Shown: positions 1-10,053 of the stretch, piece by piece
Numbering within the stretch: the first letter of the stretch is position 1
Layout: each line of letters starts with the position of its first letter
Assembly (NCBI GenBank): GCA_017441065.1
Contig: JAFSAI010000044.1
Coordinates: 1 to 61,291 of the forward strand
Source of the DNA: Bacilli bacterium
GTDB lineage: Bacteria > Bacillota_I > Bacilli_A > RF39 > UBA660
Direction of reading: 5' to 3'
Length of the DNA stretch: 61,291 nucleotides
The notes under the pieces: generated by a model
Seen by the model: only the letters and a program-made list of their open reading frames with translations
Databases searched by the model: none
What the model was told of the DNA's origin: nothing
Made by a program: the position numbers and the translations under genes

Positions 1-94
1 TAACTTGTCTTGATACACTCAGCTTTTCTGCAAGTTGTTCTTGTGATAAATTAAATATTTTTCTATATTCTTTTATCTTTTCATTTAATTTCAT
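1..94 (-). CDS. XRE-family helix-turn-helix regulator (5' part only, runs off window)
   Basis: Read by hand: RBS AAGGAGGA (101-108), then MKLNEKIKEYRKIFNLSQEQLAEKLSVSRQV, a typical HTH_3 pattern. Confidence 0.85.
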   Translation of the reverse strand, partial: MKLNEKIKEYRKIFNLSQEQLAEKLSVSRQV

Positions 95-201
95 TAATAT
101 TCCTCCTTACAGTTTTAATATACAATTTAAAATACTTTTTTAAAAGCAATACTATTTTACATTTATGCTACTTATCGTAGCAATCATTAAATTGTAATTT
201 G

Positions 202-957
202 TTAGTTAATTTTATATGTAGCAGTTAAATTTTTCTCATTATCTACATTTTCTTCTATATATAATGTTCTTTCAAATTTGATATTATTTTTATTTAAACA
301 TAATTCTATGAAACATAAGAAAATACCAATATCTATCTGATTATAGTATTTAACCATTTCTATAGGCATTATTCCTCTTTTTCCTGGTTTTCTATATCTA
401 TAGACTTTCAGTTCTTTTTCAGAAGATTCTACAAGCCATGGTTGAGTATTACATGCACTTGGAGTAAATCTTACAATATTTGCTATGTCTAAATAATAAT
501 CTCCATTCCAAATTTCGGATAATTCTTTTCTTTTACTTTTATACATATCTTTTCTAAATTTAGTTTCATCGTCTATTTTTGCGATTGCAATCATTATCAC
601 AAAATCTAAACCATCTAATTGTTTTTCTTCTACTTTGCCTATACCAAACCAAAGTGTACCAATGTTTTTAGATACTAAATATAAATCTAATTGTTCTCCA
701 ATATAACCTATGTTTTGTAAGTAATTATCTTTCTTTTCAGAATATAAAAGTATGCAATACTCTTGACCTCTTTTGCATGTAGTTGAATCCTTTACTATCT
801 TCATTTTCACTTTAATATCTTCAACTAATGGTTTAAAATCATTAAACTCATTTTCAATGTCTTTTAGTTCATCTTCTGTAATATGTTCATTTCCAATATT
901 TCTAAATAAATGAAAAGATTTTCTTTTAAAAATCATATCATATAAATTATTATTCAT
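202..957 (-). CDS. Nitroreductase-family protein (TM1586-like two-domain type)
   Basis: IFKRKSFH start, PSACNTQPW motif, IDIGIFL motif. Confidence 0.8.
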   Translation of the reverse strand: MNNNLYDMIFKRKSFHLFRNIGNEHITEDELKDIENEFNDFKPLVEDIKVKMKIVKDSTTCKRGQEYCILLYSEKKDNYLQNIGYIGEQLDLYLVSKNIGTLWFGIGKVEEKQLDGLDFVIMIAIAKIDDETKFRKDMYKSKRKELSEIWNGDYYLDIANIVRFTPSACNTQPWLVESSEKELKVYRYRKPGKRGIMPIEMVKYYNQIDIGIFLCFIELCLNKNNIKFERTLYIEENVDNEKNLTATYKIN

Positions 958-1120
958 TTAATCACCTCTACAAATTACTATTTATCTGTCTATTTAATTA
1001 TATCATGTTTTTTATAATTAAATTGTCAAGATTATGCTCAAAATCACTGAAAAAATCGTATGTAAAACGTATGTAGAAGCACTTTTTGAGTAAAAAGTAC
1101 AACTTTTTGAAAAAAGAAAA

Positions 1121-1160
1121 AACCTCACGAGCCCTTATTTTATGGGGCTTTGCGAGGTTA
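1121..1160 (-). terminator. Intrinsic terminator of secA
   Basis: Imperfect inverted repeat AACCTCACGAGCCC/GGGCTTGCGAGGTT followed by a T-run on the minus strand. Confidence 0.7.
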
Positions 1161-3644
1161 TTTACCACAACACTGTTTATACTTGCGACCGCTGCCACAT
1201 GGACATGGGTCATTTCTACCAATTTTAGTTACTCTTTTTGGAGCACTTTTGATTGTTTCTTTACCATCATTAGCAACTCCATTTAATGTTTGTTTTCTTT
1301 CAGCGTTTTGTCTTACTTCTGATTTTAATAAAAATTGTGCAGTTAAATTTTCAATTTTTATTAATAAATCATCAAACATTTCAAACCCTTCCATAGTGTA
1401 GGCTTGAATCGGATTTGTTTGACTATATCCACGAAGAGAAATACCTTCTTTTAAATGTTCCATTGCGCTCATATGATCTACCCAATTTGAATCAATTATT
1501 TTTAGGGATATTGCTTTTTCAAATTCATTCATAACTGGTTCTTCAATCATTTTCTTTTCATAGTCTTTTATAATTAATTCATAAATAGAATCTCTTAATT
1601 CTTCATCATTTAATTTAGCAACATCTTTGAATGTTAAACTGTTATTTTTTAAGTAATTAGCATTTACATATTCAACTAATTCTTTTTTATCTTCATCACT
1701 CATCGTTCCATCTTTTGAATAATGACTTTCAACTAAATTAGTTATAGTATTTTTGAATACTCCTAAAATATTTTCATGAATACTTTCTTCATTTAAAATA
1801 TCATTTCTTCTATTATAAATAATTTCTCTTTGTTCATTTAATACATTATCATAATCAAGTAAAGTTTTTCTTATATCGTAGTTATTTCCTTCTACTTTTT
1901 TTTGAGCTGTTTCTATACTTTTTGTTAATGCTCCAGAACGAATTGCTTGACTTTCATCTATACCTAAAGATGTTAACATTGTCTTAATTCTATCAGTACC
2001 AAAACGACGCATTAAATCATCTTCAAATGATACAAAGAATTGGCTCTTACCTGGGTCACCTTGACGTCCAGCACGACCACGAAGCTGATTATCTATACGA
2101 CGAGATTCATGTCTTTCGGTACCAATAACACAAAGACCACCAAGTTCTTTAACGCCTTTTCCAAGTTTAATATCTGTACCACGACCAGCCATATTTGTAG
2201 CAAGAGTAATTGAACCTATTTCACCAGCTTTAGCAATTATTTCAGCTTCTCTTTCATGATTTTTAGCATTTAATACTTCATGCTTTAATCCTGCTTTTTT
2301 TAATAATCCACTTAAATATTCATTAGCTTCTACTGAGATTGTACCAATAAGTATTGGCTCTCCTGTTTTGTGTACTTCAGATACATATCTAATTATTGCA
2401 TCATATTTACCTTTACTAGTTGCATAAACTAAATCAGCATAATCTTCTCTTATTACATCTTTATTAGTTGGTATTTCGATAACATACATGTTATAAATAC
2501 TTCTAAATTCTTCTTCTTCGGTTTTAGCAGTACCTGTCATACCAGATAATTTTTTGTACATTCTAAATAAGTTTTGGAATGTTATTGTAGCCATTGTTTT
2601 AGTTTCTGTATTAATTGTTACACCTTCTTTAGCTTCAATTGCTTGGTGTAACCCTTCACTAAATTGTCTTCCTTGCATTAAACGTCCAGTAAATTGGTCA
2701 ACAATTATTACTTCATTTTCTTGTACTACATAATCTACATCTTTTTTAAATCCATAGTTAGCTTTTAAAGCTTGATTTAGATGATGTACTAAAGCAGTAT
2801 TATCTAAGTCATAAAGATTTTTTAAATTAAATATTTTTTCAATTTTCTTACTTCCTTCTTCAGTTAAAGAAACATTTTTTGTTTTAACATCAATGTCATA
2901 ATCTTCATTTTCTTTTAATTTTTTAACTGCTCTATCAGCATCCACATATAAGTTTTTAGAATTAAATTTACCTCCACTTATAATTAATGGAGTTCTTGCT
3001 TCATCAATCAAAATAGAGTCTACTTCATCGATAATACAATGATTTAATGGTCTTTGTACTCTATCTTCTTTTCTTACTACCATATTGTCTCTTAAATAGT
3101 CAAATCCTATTTCATTATTTGTAGAATATAAAATATCTTTACTATATGCTTCTTGTTTTTCTAATGGATTCATACTTCTTAAGTTAACTCCAACAGTAAC
3201 TCCAAGCAAATCATATACCGGTTTCATCCATTCAGCATTTCTTGAAGATAGGTATTCATTTGTAGTAACTACATGCACGCCTTCACCAGTTAATGAATTA
3301 ACATAAGCTGGTAATATAGTAGTTAATGTTTTACCTTCACCAGTTTTCATTTCAGCTATATTACCATAATGAATAGCAAGACCGCCTAAAAGTTGTACAT
3401 AATAGGCTTTTTCACCAATAGTTCTCGATGCTGCTTCACGAGCTAAAGCAAAAGCTTCTACTAAAATATCATCTAATGTTTCACCATTATTTAGTCTATC
3501 TTTAAATTCTTGTGTTTTCTTTGCAAAATCTTCATCTTTTAGCTTTTGCATTTCTTCATCTAAAAGTACAATTTTATCTGCTATACTTTTAAATCTTTTT
3601 AATTCTTTATACTCACTATCGAATAATTTCTTGAATAGTCCCAT
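1158..3644 (-). CDS. secA: Preprotein translocase ATPase SecA
   Basis: MKTGEGKT, DEVD, QLRGRAGRQG and C-terminal GRNDPCPCGSGRKYKQCC; start moved to the ATG after GAGGTG. Confidence 0.99.
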   Translation of the reverse strand: MGLFKKLFDSEYKELKRFKSIADKIVLLDEEMQKLKDEDFAKKTQEFKDRLNNGETLDDILVEAFALAREAASRTIGEKAYYVQLLGGLAIHYGNIAEMKTGEGKTLTTILPAYVNSLTGEGVHVVTTNEYLSSRNAEWMKPVYDLLGVTVGVNLRSMNPLEKQEAYSKDILYSTNNEIGFDYLRDNMVVRKEDRVQRPLNHCIIDEVDSILIDEARTPLIISGGKFNSKNLYVDADRAVKKLKENEDYDIDVKTKNVSLTEEGSKKIEKIFNLKNLYDLDNTALVHHLNQALKANYGFKKDVDYVVQENEVIIVDQFTGRLMQGRQFSEGLHQAIEAKEGVTINTETKTMATITFQNLFRMYKKLSGMTGTAKTEEEEFRSIYNMYVIEIPTNKDVIREDYADLVYATSKGKYDAIIRYVSEVHKTGEPILIGTISVEANEYLSGLLKKAGLKHEVLNAKNHEREAEIIAKAGEIGSITLATNMAGRGTDIKLGKGVKELGGLCVIGTERHESRRIDNQLRGRAGRQGDPGKSQFFVSFEDDLMRRFGTDRIKTMLTSLGIDESQAIRSGALTKSIETAQKKVEGNNYDIRKTLLDYDNVLNEQREIIYNRRNDILNEESIHENILGVFKNTITNLVESHYSKDGTMSDEDKKELVEYVNANYLKNNSLTFKDVAKLNDEELRDSIYELIIKDYEKKMIEEPVMNEFEKAISLKIIDSNWVDHMSAMEHLKEGISLRGYSQTNPIQAYTMEGFEMFDDLLIKIENLTAQFLLKSEVRQNAERKQTLNGVANDGKETIKSAPKRVTKIGRNDPCPCGSGRKYKQCCGK

Positions 3645-3743
3645 AATCCACCTCATTATTTATTATAACACCATAAATTATAAACTCAAAGTTTAATCAC
3701 AAAAAATTCATAATCAACCATTAAAAAAAGGCTTTTTCAAGCC

Positions 3744-4280
3744 TTATTTAACATTAATAATTCCGTATTTATTGTCTTTTCTTTTATAAATAACAGATAC
3801 ACATTCTTCATCAATATTTTTAAATACAAAGAAGTCATGATTTAAAAGTTGCATTTGTAATAACGCTTCTTCTTCATCCATTGGTTTAGTATCAATATCT
3901 TTTCTTTTAACGATATCTAATACTTCTTCTTCCTCATCATCTACTATTTCAAAGTTTAAATACATTTCTTGCATTTCTACTTTTTCATATCTATTTTTAA
4001 GTCTAGTTTTATTTTTTCTTATTTGTCCTTCTAATTTATCAACAACTAAATCTATAGCAGCGTATAAATCCTTTTCTGATACTTCAGCTCTTAAAATAAA
4101 TTTATTAGCAGGTATAGTAACTTCGATGCTTTGTAAGTTATTTTTACTTCTTACTACTACTTTGCATTCTAAATCTTTAGAGTTTTCGTAATATTTATTA
4201 AGTCTATCTAACTTCTCTTCAATGTACTCTTTAATTGATTTAGTAACAACTAACTTATCTCCTCTAATGTTGTATTTCAT
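3744..4280 (-). CDS. hpf: Long ribosome hibernation promoting factor (HPF/YvyD/RaiA)
   Basis: DLYAAIDLVVDKLE and KPMDEEEALLQM motifs; upstream of secA. Confidence 0.96.
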   Translation of the reverse strand: MKYNIRGDKLVVTKSIKEYIEEKLDRLNKYYENSKDLECKVVVRSKNNLQSIEVTIPANKFILRAEVSEKDLYAAIDLVVDKLEGQIRKNKTRLKNRYEKVEMQEMYLNFEIVDDEEEEVLDIVKRKDIDTKPMDEEEALLQMQLLNHDFFVFKNIDEECVSVIYKRKDNKYGIINVK

Positions 4281-4442
4281 TATATCACTCTCCTAATTAA
4301 AGTATAACATAAAAATCTTGTAAACAAAACAAAAGAAAAGAGAAATTGCGACTATTTCTCTTTCCAAGAATTTTTGAGCTTGCCGATATGACATAAATGA
4401 ATCCATAAGTACTTCGGTCATGTATGCACTAAAAAAAACTAT

Positions 4443-4655
4443 TTAAGCAATAGTTTTTTGTTCTTCTACTACATCAATAGCTTGTAATCCCTTAGATGTT
4501 TCAACAAGTTTAAAATTTACAAGCGCACCTTCATTTAAAGTTTTGTAACCTTCTTTAACAATTGCAGAATAGTGAACAAAAATATCCTCTAAATTTTCGT
4601 ATTCAATAAAGCCATAACCCTTGTCGTTGTTAAACCACTTTACTTTACCATGCAT
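4443..4655 (-). CDS. Cold-shock protein
   Basis: GKVKWFN-KGYGFI and FVHYSAI (RNP1/RNP2); start at ATG 4655 after GAGGTGG. Confidence 0.95.
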   Translation of the reverse strand: MHGKVKWFNNDKGYGFIEYENLEDIFVHYSAIVKEGYKTLNEGALVNFKLVETSKGLQAIDVVEEQKTIA

Positions 4656-4817
4656 ACATCCCACCTCTTTCCTTTGCAGATTCATTATTTCATACCATAT
4701 GTTGTTTTTGCAACAAAATTCGTATGCCATAAATCGACAAATTTTTTATTTGGGACATCTTAATGATAGCAAATAAATGAATTATTTAAAAGATTATTTT
4801 GTTAATTTTTTTCTACT

Positions 4818-5408
4818 TTACACTTTTTTATTATGAAGCAAAAATTTGATCAACAAATTATCACTATCATCATAAAAATAGTAATCTATTTTTTCTTTTT
4901 TTAATATATTTTCTAATTCTTTAATATTTTTCCCATAAAGTATTATATTTTTAGCATTTAAACTCTTTATTATATATTTTATAACACCATTATTTATATC
5001 ATCTTTTTTATATAAATTAACCTCTATTTTACCTAATTCATTTATATATAAAATATAAAAATAACTGTTGTTATAATTAATATATATATTATCTTTATTT
5101 AGTTTTAGATATTCTGTTTCTTGTATAAATTTGATATTCTTATAATTTAATTCTTCCATTATATCTTTTAACAATATTTTATCTTCATAAGTATGTAAAT
5201 TGTTAATAACAATAAATATGTTTTCATTAAAAAAAGTACTACCTAAATTATATTCATCAATTATTTTTTGAAATTTTTTGATAAACTTATTTCTATCTAT
5301 AATCATTCCGTTTCTTAATGTATTTCTATATGGTTTCAAAATTATCAAAGCATGATTCTTTTTACTATATAAATTTATAAAGTCATCTAAATATAATATA
5401 TTATCCAT
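4818..5408 (-). CDS. Hypothetical protein, possibly a degenerate MreB/Mbl-like actin fold
   Basis: 196-aa ORF with RBS; weak motif echoes (LRNGMIID, IILYG) and mbl-like position after spoIID-spoIIQ. Confidence 0.55.
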   Translation of the reverse strand: MDNILYLDDFINLYSKKNHALIILKPYRNTLRNGMIIDRNKFIKKFQKIIDEYNLGSTFFNENIFIVINNLHTYEDKILLKDIMEELNYKNIKFIQETEYLKLNKDNIYINYNNSYFYILYINELGKIEVNLYKKDDINNGVIKYIIKSLNAKNIILYGKNIKELENILKKEKIDYYFYDDSDNLLIKFLLHNKKV

Positions 5409-5454
5409 ATAAAATATTCCTTTCTAAAAAAATAATCCACTAATGGGATTATTT

Positions 5455-6087
5455 TTAATTATAATCAGTTACTTTTGTTTCAATAAATGTTTCCGGATTT
5501 ATTAATTCATTATTATGATAAACTTCAAATAAGAATGATTTTTTGTTATTCATTATTTCATTATTTTTACTAACACCTATAACTGTACCAACTGCAAGTT
5601 CATCCCCAATTGCAACTTCAATTTTATCAAGACCATAATAATATGTTCTTAAAGAACCTGTATGTTCTACAACAACACATTTACCAAAAAATTCGTCATC
5701 TAATATTTCTGTTACTTTACCTTCAAAAGATGTTAAGACGTTAAATTCATTATCGCTTGTATAAAGTACACCTGTATTTGGTAAATAAGTATTTTCGAAA
5801 TAAATTAGACTACTTTGTTGTCTAGCTTCATCTTCGTCTTTACTATAAAAATGAACACTTATTTCTGCTTTCCCTTCTTCAACTGGTGATGATATTTTAC
5901 TAGAGGCAATTGTATCTTCTACTATAACTGATTCGACATTATCTTCAAGTGCGTTAATACCATAATCATAATCTTTTTCTTCTAATACAAAGTTATTGCC
6001 TAATAATATTACACTAGTAAAAATACATATTGTAATTAGTAAATACAACGTTGGTAAAACAAATCCTTTTAACTTTCTTTTCTTCAT
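5455..6087 (-). CDS. spoIIQ: SpoIIQ-like degenerate M23 peptidase-domain membrane protein
   Basis: N-terminal TM helix; YFENTYLPNTGV, G-V-VEH and FEV...INP; Zn ligands absent; follows spoIID. Confidence 0.85.
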   Translation of the reverse strand: MKKRKLKGFVLPTLYLLITICIFTSVILLGNNFVLEEKDYDYGINALEDNVESVIVEDTIASSKISSPVEEGKAEISVHFYSKDEDEARQQSSLIYFENTYLPNTGVLYTSDNEFNVLTSFEGKVTEILDDEFFGKCVVVEHTGSLRTYYYGLDKIEVAIGDELAVGTVIGVSKNNEIMNNKKSFLFEVYHNNELINPETFIETKVTDYN

Positions 6088-6134
6088 AATTCACCGTCCT
6101 ACTTAAAGTATTGACGAAAAAAATATCTTTATAC

Positions 6135-7034
6135 TTAAATAGAACTTATTTTTATATTTTTATAATAATATTTTAATATTTCTTCATAATTGTAACCTTC
6201 TTTAGCCATTCCATTAGCACCATATTGACTCATTCCGACACCATGACCATATCCTCTAGTGGTTATTTTTATCAAATCATTCTCTTCTTCAATTGTAAAA
6301 TCTGTCGATCTTAAACCAAGTTTATTTCTAAACACTGTTCCTTTAAAAGTAGTATCATTGACTGTTATTGAATTAACCCTATTAGTATTGCTTCTAATAA
6401 TATTTGAAAAAGATAACGAAGCACATTTAATATTTAATTTTTGGCATATTTCTTCTTTCTCAAAATTTACTGTTACTTCAAAATTCTTTAAATTACTATT
6501 ATCATATGTAGATTTTACACTTTGCAAATAATCTTTATCTTCACTAAATACTAATCCCGCTTGTTCAGTATAACCATTACTCATTGCAAAATAATAAGCT
6601 TCTACTATTTCATCATCATAATACATAATCATACCCTTAGTAGCATTTACTGCATTAGCTATTTTAGTGTAATATTTATTAAATTCACTTTCCCACTTGT
6701 TTTTCATTTCTTCTATAGTTATATAACTTTGGTTAGAAACATCTGTTACCACATCATATTCTTTGCTCTCTTGTTCCATTTTATACGCTGCATAAGTTCT
6801 AGATGCTATAGCTTGGGCCTTTAGTGCTTCATCACTAAACGAAGCAGGCATTTCTGCAGCTACTACACCTATAACATACTCTTCTAAATTTAGTGAATCT
6901 ATTTCATCCGTTTTTGTATTTTTTATCTTAATATTTGGCTCACTATTAAAAAAAGTAGTATTTTTATTACTACTTATTGATACTAAAATTAAACTTAAAA
7001 TAAATACTACTATTATAAGTATTCTATTTTGCAT
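6135..7034 (-). CDS. spoIID: Stage II sporulation protein D (lytic transglycosylase)
   Basis: LEEYVIGVVAAEMPASF, EALKAQAIASRT, GYGHGVGMSQYGA. Confidence 0.96.
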   Translation of the reverse strand: MQNRILIIVVFILSLILVSISSNKNTTFFNSEPNIKIKNTKTDEIDSLNLEEYVIGVVAAEMPASFSDEALKAQAIASRTYAAYKMEQESKEYDVVTDVSNQSYITIEEMKNKWESEFNKYYTKIANAVNATKGMIMYYDDEIVEAYYFAMSNGYTEQAGLVFSEDKDYLQSVKSTYDNSNLKNFEVTVNFEKEEICQKLNIKCASLSFSNIIRSNTNRVNSITVNDTTFKGTVFRNKLGLRSTDFTIEEENDLIKITTRGYGHGVGMSQYGANGMAKEGYNYEEILKYYYKNIKISSI

Positions 7035-7043
7035 TTTTCTCCT

Positions 7044-7232
7044 TTAAGCTAAGTTTAAGAAATCTAATACAAAATTAGTTAGTAAATAGGATAAAGCAAA
7101 GCTTAAACTCATTACTAATAATCTTGCTTCGATTACTTTATCTCTTCTCATTATTTTTTCAAAATTTACACCAGAAAATATGAATATACTTAAGAATAAG
7201 AATATAGTATATAAACATACTTTATAATTCAT
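7044..7232 (-). CDS. DUF1146 (YwzB-like) small membrane protein
   Basis: Two hydrophobic segments, NFEK...ARLL...ALSYLLTNF pattern, located upstream of spoIID. Confidence 0.75.
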   Translation of the reverse strand: MNYKVCLYTIFLFLSIFIFSGVNFEKIMRRDKVIEARLLVMSLSFALSYLLTNFVLDFLNLA

Positions 7233-7677
7233 TATATTCTCCATTTTCATAACTTATGATTTTATTTATTCTATTTACATATCTATCAAGAGATGCTGGT
7301 TTTGTTGAAATAAAAGTATCAACTATTTCTTTTATTCTTTCAATACCTAAATTAGCTCCTAATGCAAGAACATTTGCTCCATTATGATTTTTTCCTTTAA
7401 AAGCATCATCTGAATCTACAGCTCTTACACATCTAATGCCATCTACTTTATTTGCAGCGATAGCCATTCCTACTCCATTACCACAAATTAATATTCCTAA
7501 TGAATTCTCGTTTTCTCTAACTAATCTCCCTAATTTAAATGCAAAATCAGGATAATCATCTAATTCACTATTTTCAATTCCTATTTCTAATGCTTCTATT
7601 TCATTTGATTTTAAATATTCAATCAATTCTTTTTTTACTTCTACCCCTAAATGATCTGCTGCTATAAATAATTTCAT
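7222..7677 (-). CDS. rpiB: Ribose-5-phosphate isomerase B
   Basis: AADH, DYPDFA, LICGNGVGMAIAANKV, HNGANVL. Confidence 0.93.
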   Translation of the reverse strand: MKLFIAADHLGVEVKKELIEYLKSNEIEALEIGIENSELDDYPDFAFKLGRLVRENENSLGILICGNGVGMAIAANKVDGIRCVRAVDSDDAFKGKNHNGANVLALGANLGIERIKEIVDTFISTKPASLDRYVNRINKIISYENGEYNEL

Positions 7678-7728
7678 GTAATCACTCTCCATATTAATTA
7701 TATCAAATCATAAAAAAAGAACAACTTT

Positions 7729-7938
7729 TTATTGTTCTTTATTGAAACCATATTTTTTGTTAAATTTTTCAATGTTACCAGTTTTTTTAGTTTTTCCTTG
7801 AGCACCAGTATAGAATGGATGACATTCACTACAAACTTCTACATTGATTTCATCTTTAGTTGATTTTGTATTAAATGTTGCACCGCAAGCACATTTTACT
7901 ACTGCATCTTTCATTTCTGGATGAATATTTGCTTTCAT
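7729..7938 (-). CDS. rpmE: 50S ribosomal protein L31 (Zn-binding type)
   Basis: IHP...CACG...[11 protein letters not shown]. Confidence 0.98.
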   Translation of the reverse strand: MKANIHPEMKDAVVKCACGATFNTKSTKDEINVEVCSECHPFYTGAQGKTKKTGNIEKFNKKYGFNKEQ

Positions 7939-7944
7939 ATTTCT

Positions 7945-7990
7945 CTCCTCTCGCCATACTAACTTTTAAGTATAGTAACTTTCGTTCTTA
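7945..7990 (-). promoter_or_regulatory. Hairpin in the rpmE leader (possible r-protein leader)
   Basis: CTATACT/AGTATGG stem directly before the RBS on the minus strand. Confidence 0.35.
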
Positions 7991-8071
7991 AGTATTATAT
8001 CACATTTTTCATACTCTGCAAGTTTTTTTATAAAAAACAAAAGTAAACAACGTATACTAAGTTAATATCAA

Positions 8072-8755
8072 TTATATTGAATGGATAATCATTTCTGCAA
8101 TTTCTTTATGTCCTTTATAATTAAAATAAAAACTATTATCATTTACATAAAAATCTTTGTTTAACATTAAATCACTAATATTTATAAAAATTGCTTGATA
8201 TTTAATAGCAATATTAGATAATTCTGAATTTAATATTATAACTTTTCCTTTATCTAAATATTTATTTTCATAAAAACCTACTAGAACTATTTTTGCTTCG
8301 GTAATATCTTTTAATAAATACATTAAATCATCATATTCGTTTATAAATTTCTTTAAATAATCAGTATCTAAATCTTTTGTTATTGCTAATTTTACTAATT
8401 CTTCTTCACCAATACTTATTGTAATTAAAGAAGCATTATGAAGTATTTGTTTTATAAATAAATCTTCATCTTCATGAAGATTATTGTTTTTTAAATCATT
8501 TATTAAATCATTAATTTTATAATTTTTAAAAGCATATTTATTGTCATAATTTTTTAATAATTTTTTACTATCATAATATTCTTTTATATAATCATTAAAA
8601 CTTATACCGTCAATGTTATAAGAGGTTTCACCACTAGCTATTCCATCTCCTAATGCTACAATACTTATTTTTTCATCTTTATTAAAGAAATATATTAAAT
8701 ATGTTAGAATTGCACTTATTAAAACTATTAAAATTATTTTATATTTTCTTTTCAC
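8072..8755 (-). CDS. Membrane-anchored SGNH/GDSL hydrolase-like protein (catalytic Ser apparently lost)
   Basis: VALGDGIASG (vs GDS), ITISIG, YFNYKGH (vs HPN). Confidence 0.75.
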   Translation of the reverse strand: MKRKYKIILIVLISAILTYLIYFFNKDEKISIVALGDGIASGETSYNIDGISFNDYIKEYYDSKKLLKNYDNKYAFKNYKINDLINDLKNNNLHEDEDLFIKQILHNASLITISIGEEELVKLAITKDLDTDYLKKFINEYDDLMYLLKDITEAKIVLVGFYENKYLDKGKVIILNSELSNIAIKYQAIFINISDLMLNKDFYVNDNSFYFNYKGHKEIAEMIIHSI

Positions 8756-8793
8756 TAATTCACCCCAAATAAAAATGTAGAGATTTCTCTACA

Positions 8794-10053
8794 TTATATT
8801 TCTTCTAGACTTATTTTAGCACCAACATTACTTAACTTATTAATTATATTTTCATATCCTCTAAGTATATAATCAATATCATAAATAGATGTTGTTCCCT
8901 CTGCTATTAATCCGGCTAGTATTAATGCTGCTCCTCCGCGAAGATCTGTTGCATTAATATCTGTACCAATTAATTTTGATTTACCTTTAATAGTTGCTTT
9001 TAAACCATCTAATTTGATTTTTGCTCCCATTTTTTGTAAATATGGATAATGGCCAATTCTATTTTCCCAAATTGTTTCTTCCATAATTGAAGTTCCTTTT
9101 GCTTGAGTAAGTAATACACTCATTGGTTGACCTAAGTCAGTTGGGAAACCAGGATAAACTTCTGTTGTAACATTTGTTGGTTTTAAATCATCTCTTTTAT
9201 TTAAGATAACACTATTACCTTCTATTTTATAATCAACATTCATTTCTGTTAACTTTTCAAATAATGCTTCATTATGTTCTGGAACAATACCTTCTACTTT
9301 TAAATCTTTTCCCATTAAAGCACCCATAAGTATATAAGTTCCTGCTTCAATACGGTCTGGAATAACTTCTATTTCAGCTCCATTTAAATGATCAACACCT
9401 TCAATAGTTATCATTTCTGTTCCTGCACCAGTTATTTTTGCACCCATCTTATTTAAGAAATCTGCTACATTAATAATTTCTACTTCTTTAGCAGCATTAT
9501 TAATAATAGTAGTTCCTTTTGCTCTAACAGCTGCAAACATAATGTTAATAGTAGCACCAACACTAGCAAAAGCTAAATTAATGTTAGCACCATGTAATTC
9601 TTCAGCACTTATTGTGTATTTATGTTTGCTCTTAGTAACTTTTGCTCCTAATGCTTTAAATCCCTTTAAATGAATATCAATAGGTCTTGTACCAATATTA
9701 CATCCTCCAGGAAAATATATTTCTACATGTTTATACTTTCCAAGTAATACTCCCATAAAATAATAAGATGCTCTTAGTTTAACACTTAATGCTTCACTAA
9801 TTGGAACATTTTCTAATTTTGTTGAATCTATTTCAATAGTTTTATCATTCTGTTTAATATCACAATTTAATAATCTTATAATTTCAAATAAAGCATCTCT
9901 GTCAGTTATGTTAGGTACATTTTTTATTGTACAAACACCATCAGCTAGTAATGCTGCCGGGATTAACGCTACCGCACTATTTTTAGCTCCACCTATAGTG
10001 ATAGTACCACTTAGAGGGAACCCACCCTTAATAACAATTCTTTCCATACTCAT
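8794..10053 (-). CDS. murA: UDP-N-acetylglucosamine 1-carboxyvinyltransferase
   Basis: GAKNS, LRASYY, PGGCNIGTRPID, PGFPTD, DLRGG. Confidence 0.98.
   Translation of the reverse strand: MSMERIVIKGGFPLSGTITIGGAKNSAVALIPAALLADGVCTIKNVPNITDRDALFEIIRLLNCDIKQNDKTIEIDSTKLENVPISEALSVKLRASYYFMGVLLGKYKHVEIYFPGGCNIGTRPIDIHLKGFKALGAKVTKSKHKYTISAEELHGANINLAFASVGATINIMFAAVRAKGTTIINNAAKEVEIINVADFLNKMGAKITGAGTEMITIEGVDHLNGAEIEVIPDRIEAGTYILMGALMGKDLKVEGIVPEHNEALFEKLTEMNVDYKIEGNSVILNKRDDLKPTNVTTEVYPGFPTDLGQPMSVLLTQAKGTSIMEETIWENRIGHYPYLQKMGAKIKLDGLKATIKGKSKLIGTDINATDLRGGAALILAGLIAEGTTSIYDIDYILRGYENIINKLSNVGAKISLEEI

Noticed and set aside
998-1401. Three short ORFs around the secA 3' end
   Set aside because: Alternative or antisense frames of secA and its terminator, without RBS or motifs
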